Below are positions 41,600 through 42,409 of a DNA stretch of 42,409 bases, in pieces. Source of the stretch: Paraphysomonas bandaiensis (Eukaryota; Protista; Chrysophyceae); contig CBFFRP010000131.1 of assembly GCA_965644295.1 (NCBI GenBank), forward strand, positions 1-42,409. Direction: 5' to 3'. Numbering within the stretch: position 1 is the first letter of the stretch; every line of letters begins with the position of its first letter. The notes under the pieces are model-generated. The model was given only the letters and a program-made list of their open reading frames with translations. It did no database searches and had not been told where the DNA came from. Position numbers and translations under genes: made by a program.

Positions 41600-42080
41600 A
41601 GTTTGCTTGTACACTTTGTGCAAGTACAGTTGCGTGAATTAAAGAGAACCGCCGTTATTTATCTATAATATATCTATTCCTGTAAATCAGATACTTTTTG
41701 GCGTCTTGAAAACATGGTTATTAGTATTATGATAGGTTTTATGTTTATATATCACGATTTCCGAGCAAATAATATACATGCGTATTCTATAGGGTGGTGT
41801 GGGATTAGATAGCAGAAGGAGAGTGTCTACTTGCACATTTCTAGAGATAAGTAGCTATTTGTTAATTGTCGTTGGAAAAACTATGTTCGAAAACTATGTC
41901 TGTCAACTCCCTCACATTTTCCTCTGATCACTGATCAGCTTTATGATATCCCCACTCCCATGAATACTCATTTCCAGGTGTATACTATGCCTTGACTATT
42001 CGTCATGGGTCTATGAGAATCCTCACTCCCAAAAATCAGTGTTTCCCTGATATAGGCCATTCTTTGGCTTACTCTCACGA

Positions 42081-42388
42081 ATGAGATTTTCACCGGCATG
42101 TCGAGGCCATGGAGTCCCTTTTGGTCCGTGTGCGAGACGAGCGATACGATTGGCGCTTGGCCAGCAACCAGAAAAGATGTTCTGAAGGCCACTCTTATTG
42201 CCCTACCCAAGACCACTGCTGCTGTAGTTCCAATCCTTAGCTCTGGAACTATAGCAGCAGTGGAAGGACAATAAGAACTGCCTTCAGAACATCTTTTTTT
42301 GTTGCTGGCCAAGCGCCAATCGTATTGCTCGTCACGCACACGGACCAAAAGCGACTCCATGGCCTCGACATACCGGTGAAAATCTCAT
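42081..42388. repeat. 308-nt near-perfect foldback hairpin (arms about 145-150 bp, loop about 11 nt)
   Basis: ATGAGATTTTCACCGG...GTAGTTCCA is the reverse complement of TGGAACTAT...CCGGTGAAAATCTCAT, with roughly a dozen substitutions and one short bulge. Confidence 0.95.
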
Positions 42389-42409
42389 GGGTCGATCTAC
42401 AATACTGGG

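Noticed and set aside
41968-42360. 130-aa minus-strand ORF as a real gene
   Set aside because: It runs through both arms of the hairpin and is better explained by the inverted duplication.

Overview
Gene-dense eukaryotic genomic DNA with many short (about 45-70 nt) GT-AG introns and several micro-exons. It is most consistent with a flagellated protist, probably a stramenopile (inference; epsilon-tubulin implies basal bodies). About 15 protein-coding genes can be supported. Recognisable ones are a STE20/GCK-type kinase, a PH-domain protein, epsilon-tubulin, an ankyrin-RBR (ANKIB1-like) E3 ligase, glucose-6-phosphate 1-epimerase, AP-1 sigma, an Osm1/Frd1-type fumarate reductase and a PAF-acetylhydrolase-like lipase; the rest are membrane or secreted proteins of unknown function. 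Intergenic DNA holds a PIF/Harbinger MITE, a tiny hAT MITE, a run of foldback elements, three fragments of one dispersed repeat family, a duplicated 5' gene region and a 308-nt near-perfect hairpin. The most interesting items are: (1) a minimal PolX/Pol-beta-like nucleotidyltransferase resembling a phage/giant-virus/bacterial family but carrying a spliceosomal intron; (2) an 8-TM protein built from repeated EF-hand-loop plus TM-hairpin units; (3) the long hairpin, a candidate small-RNA precursor; (4) a fumarate reductase with a signal peptide and a KDEL-like terminus. No rRNA, convincing tRNA, CRISPR array or operon-like system was seen. All calls come from reading motifs by eye; no searches were run.
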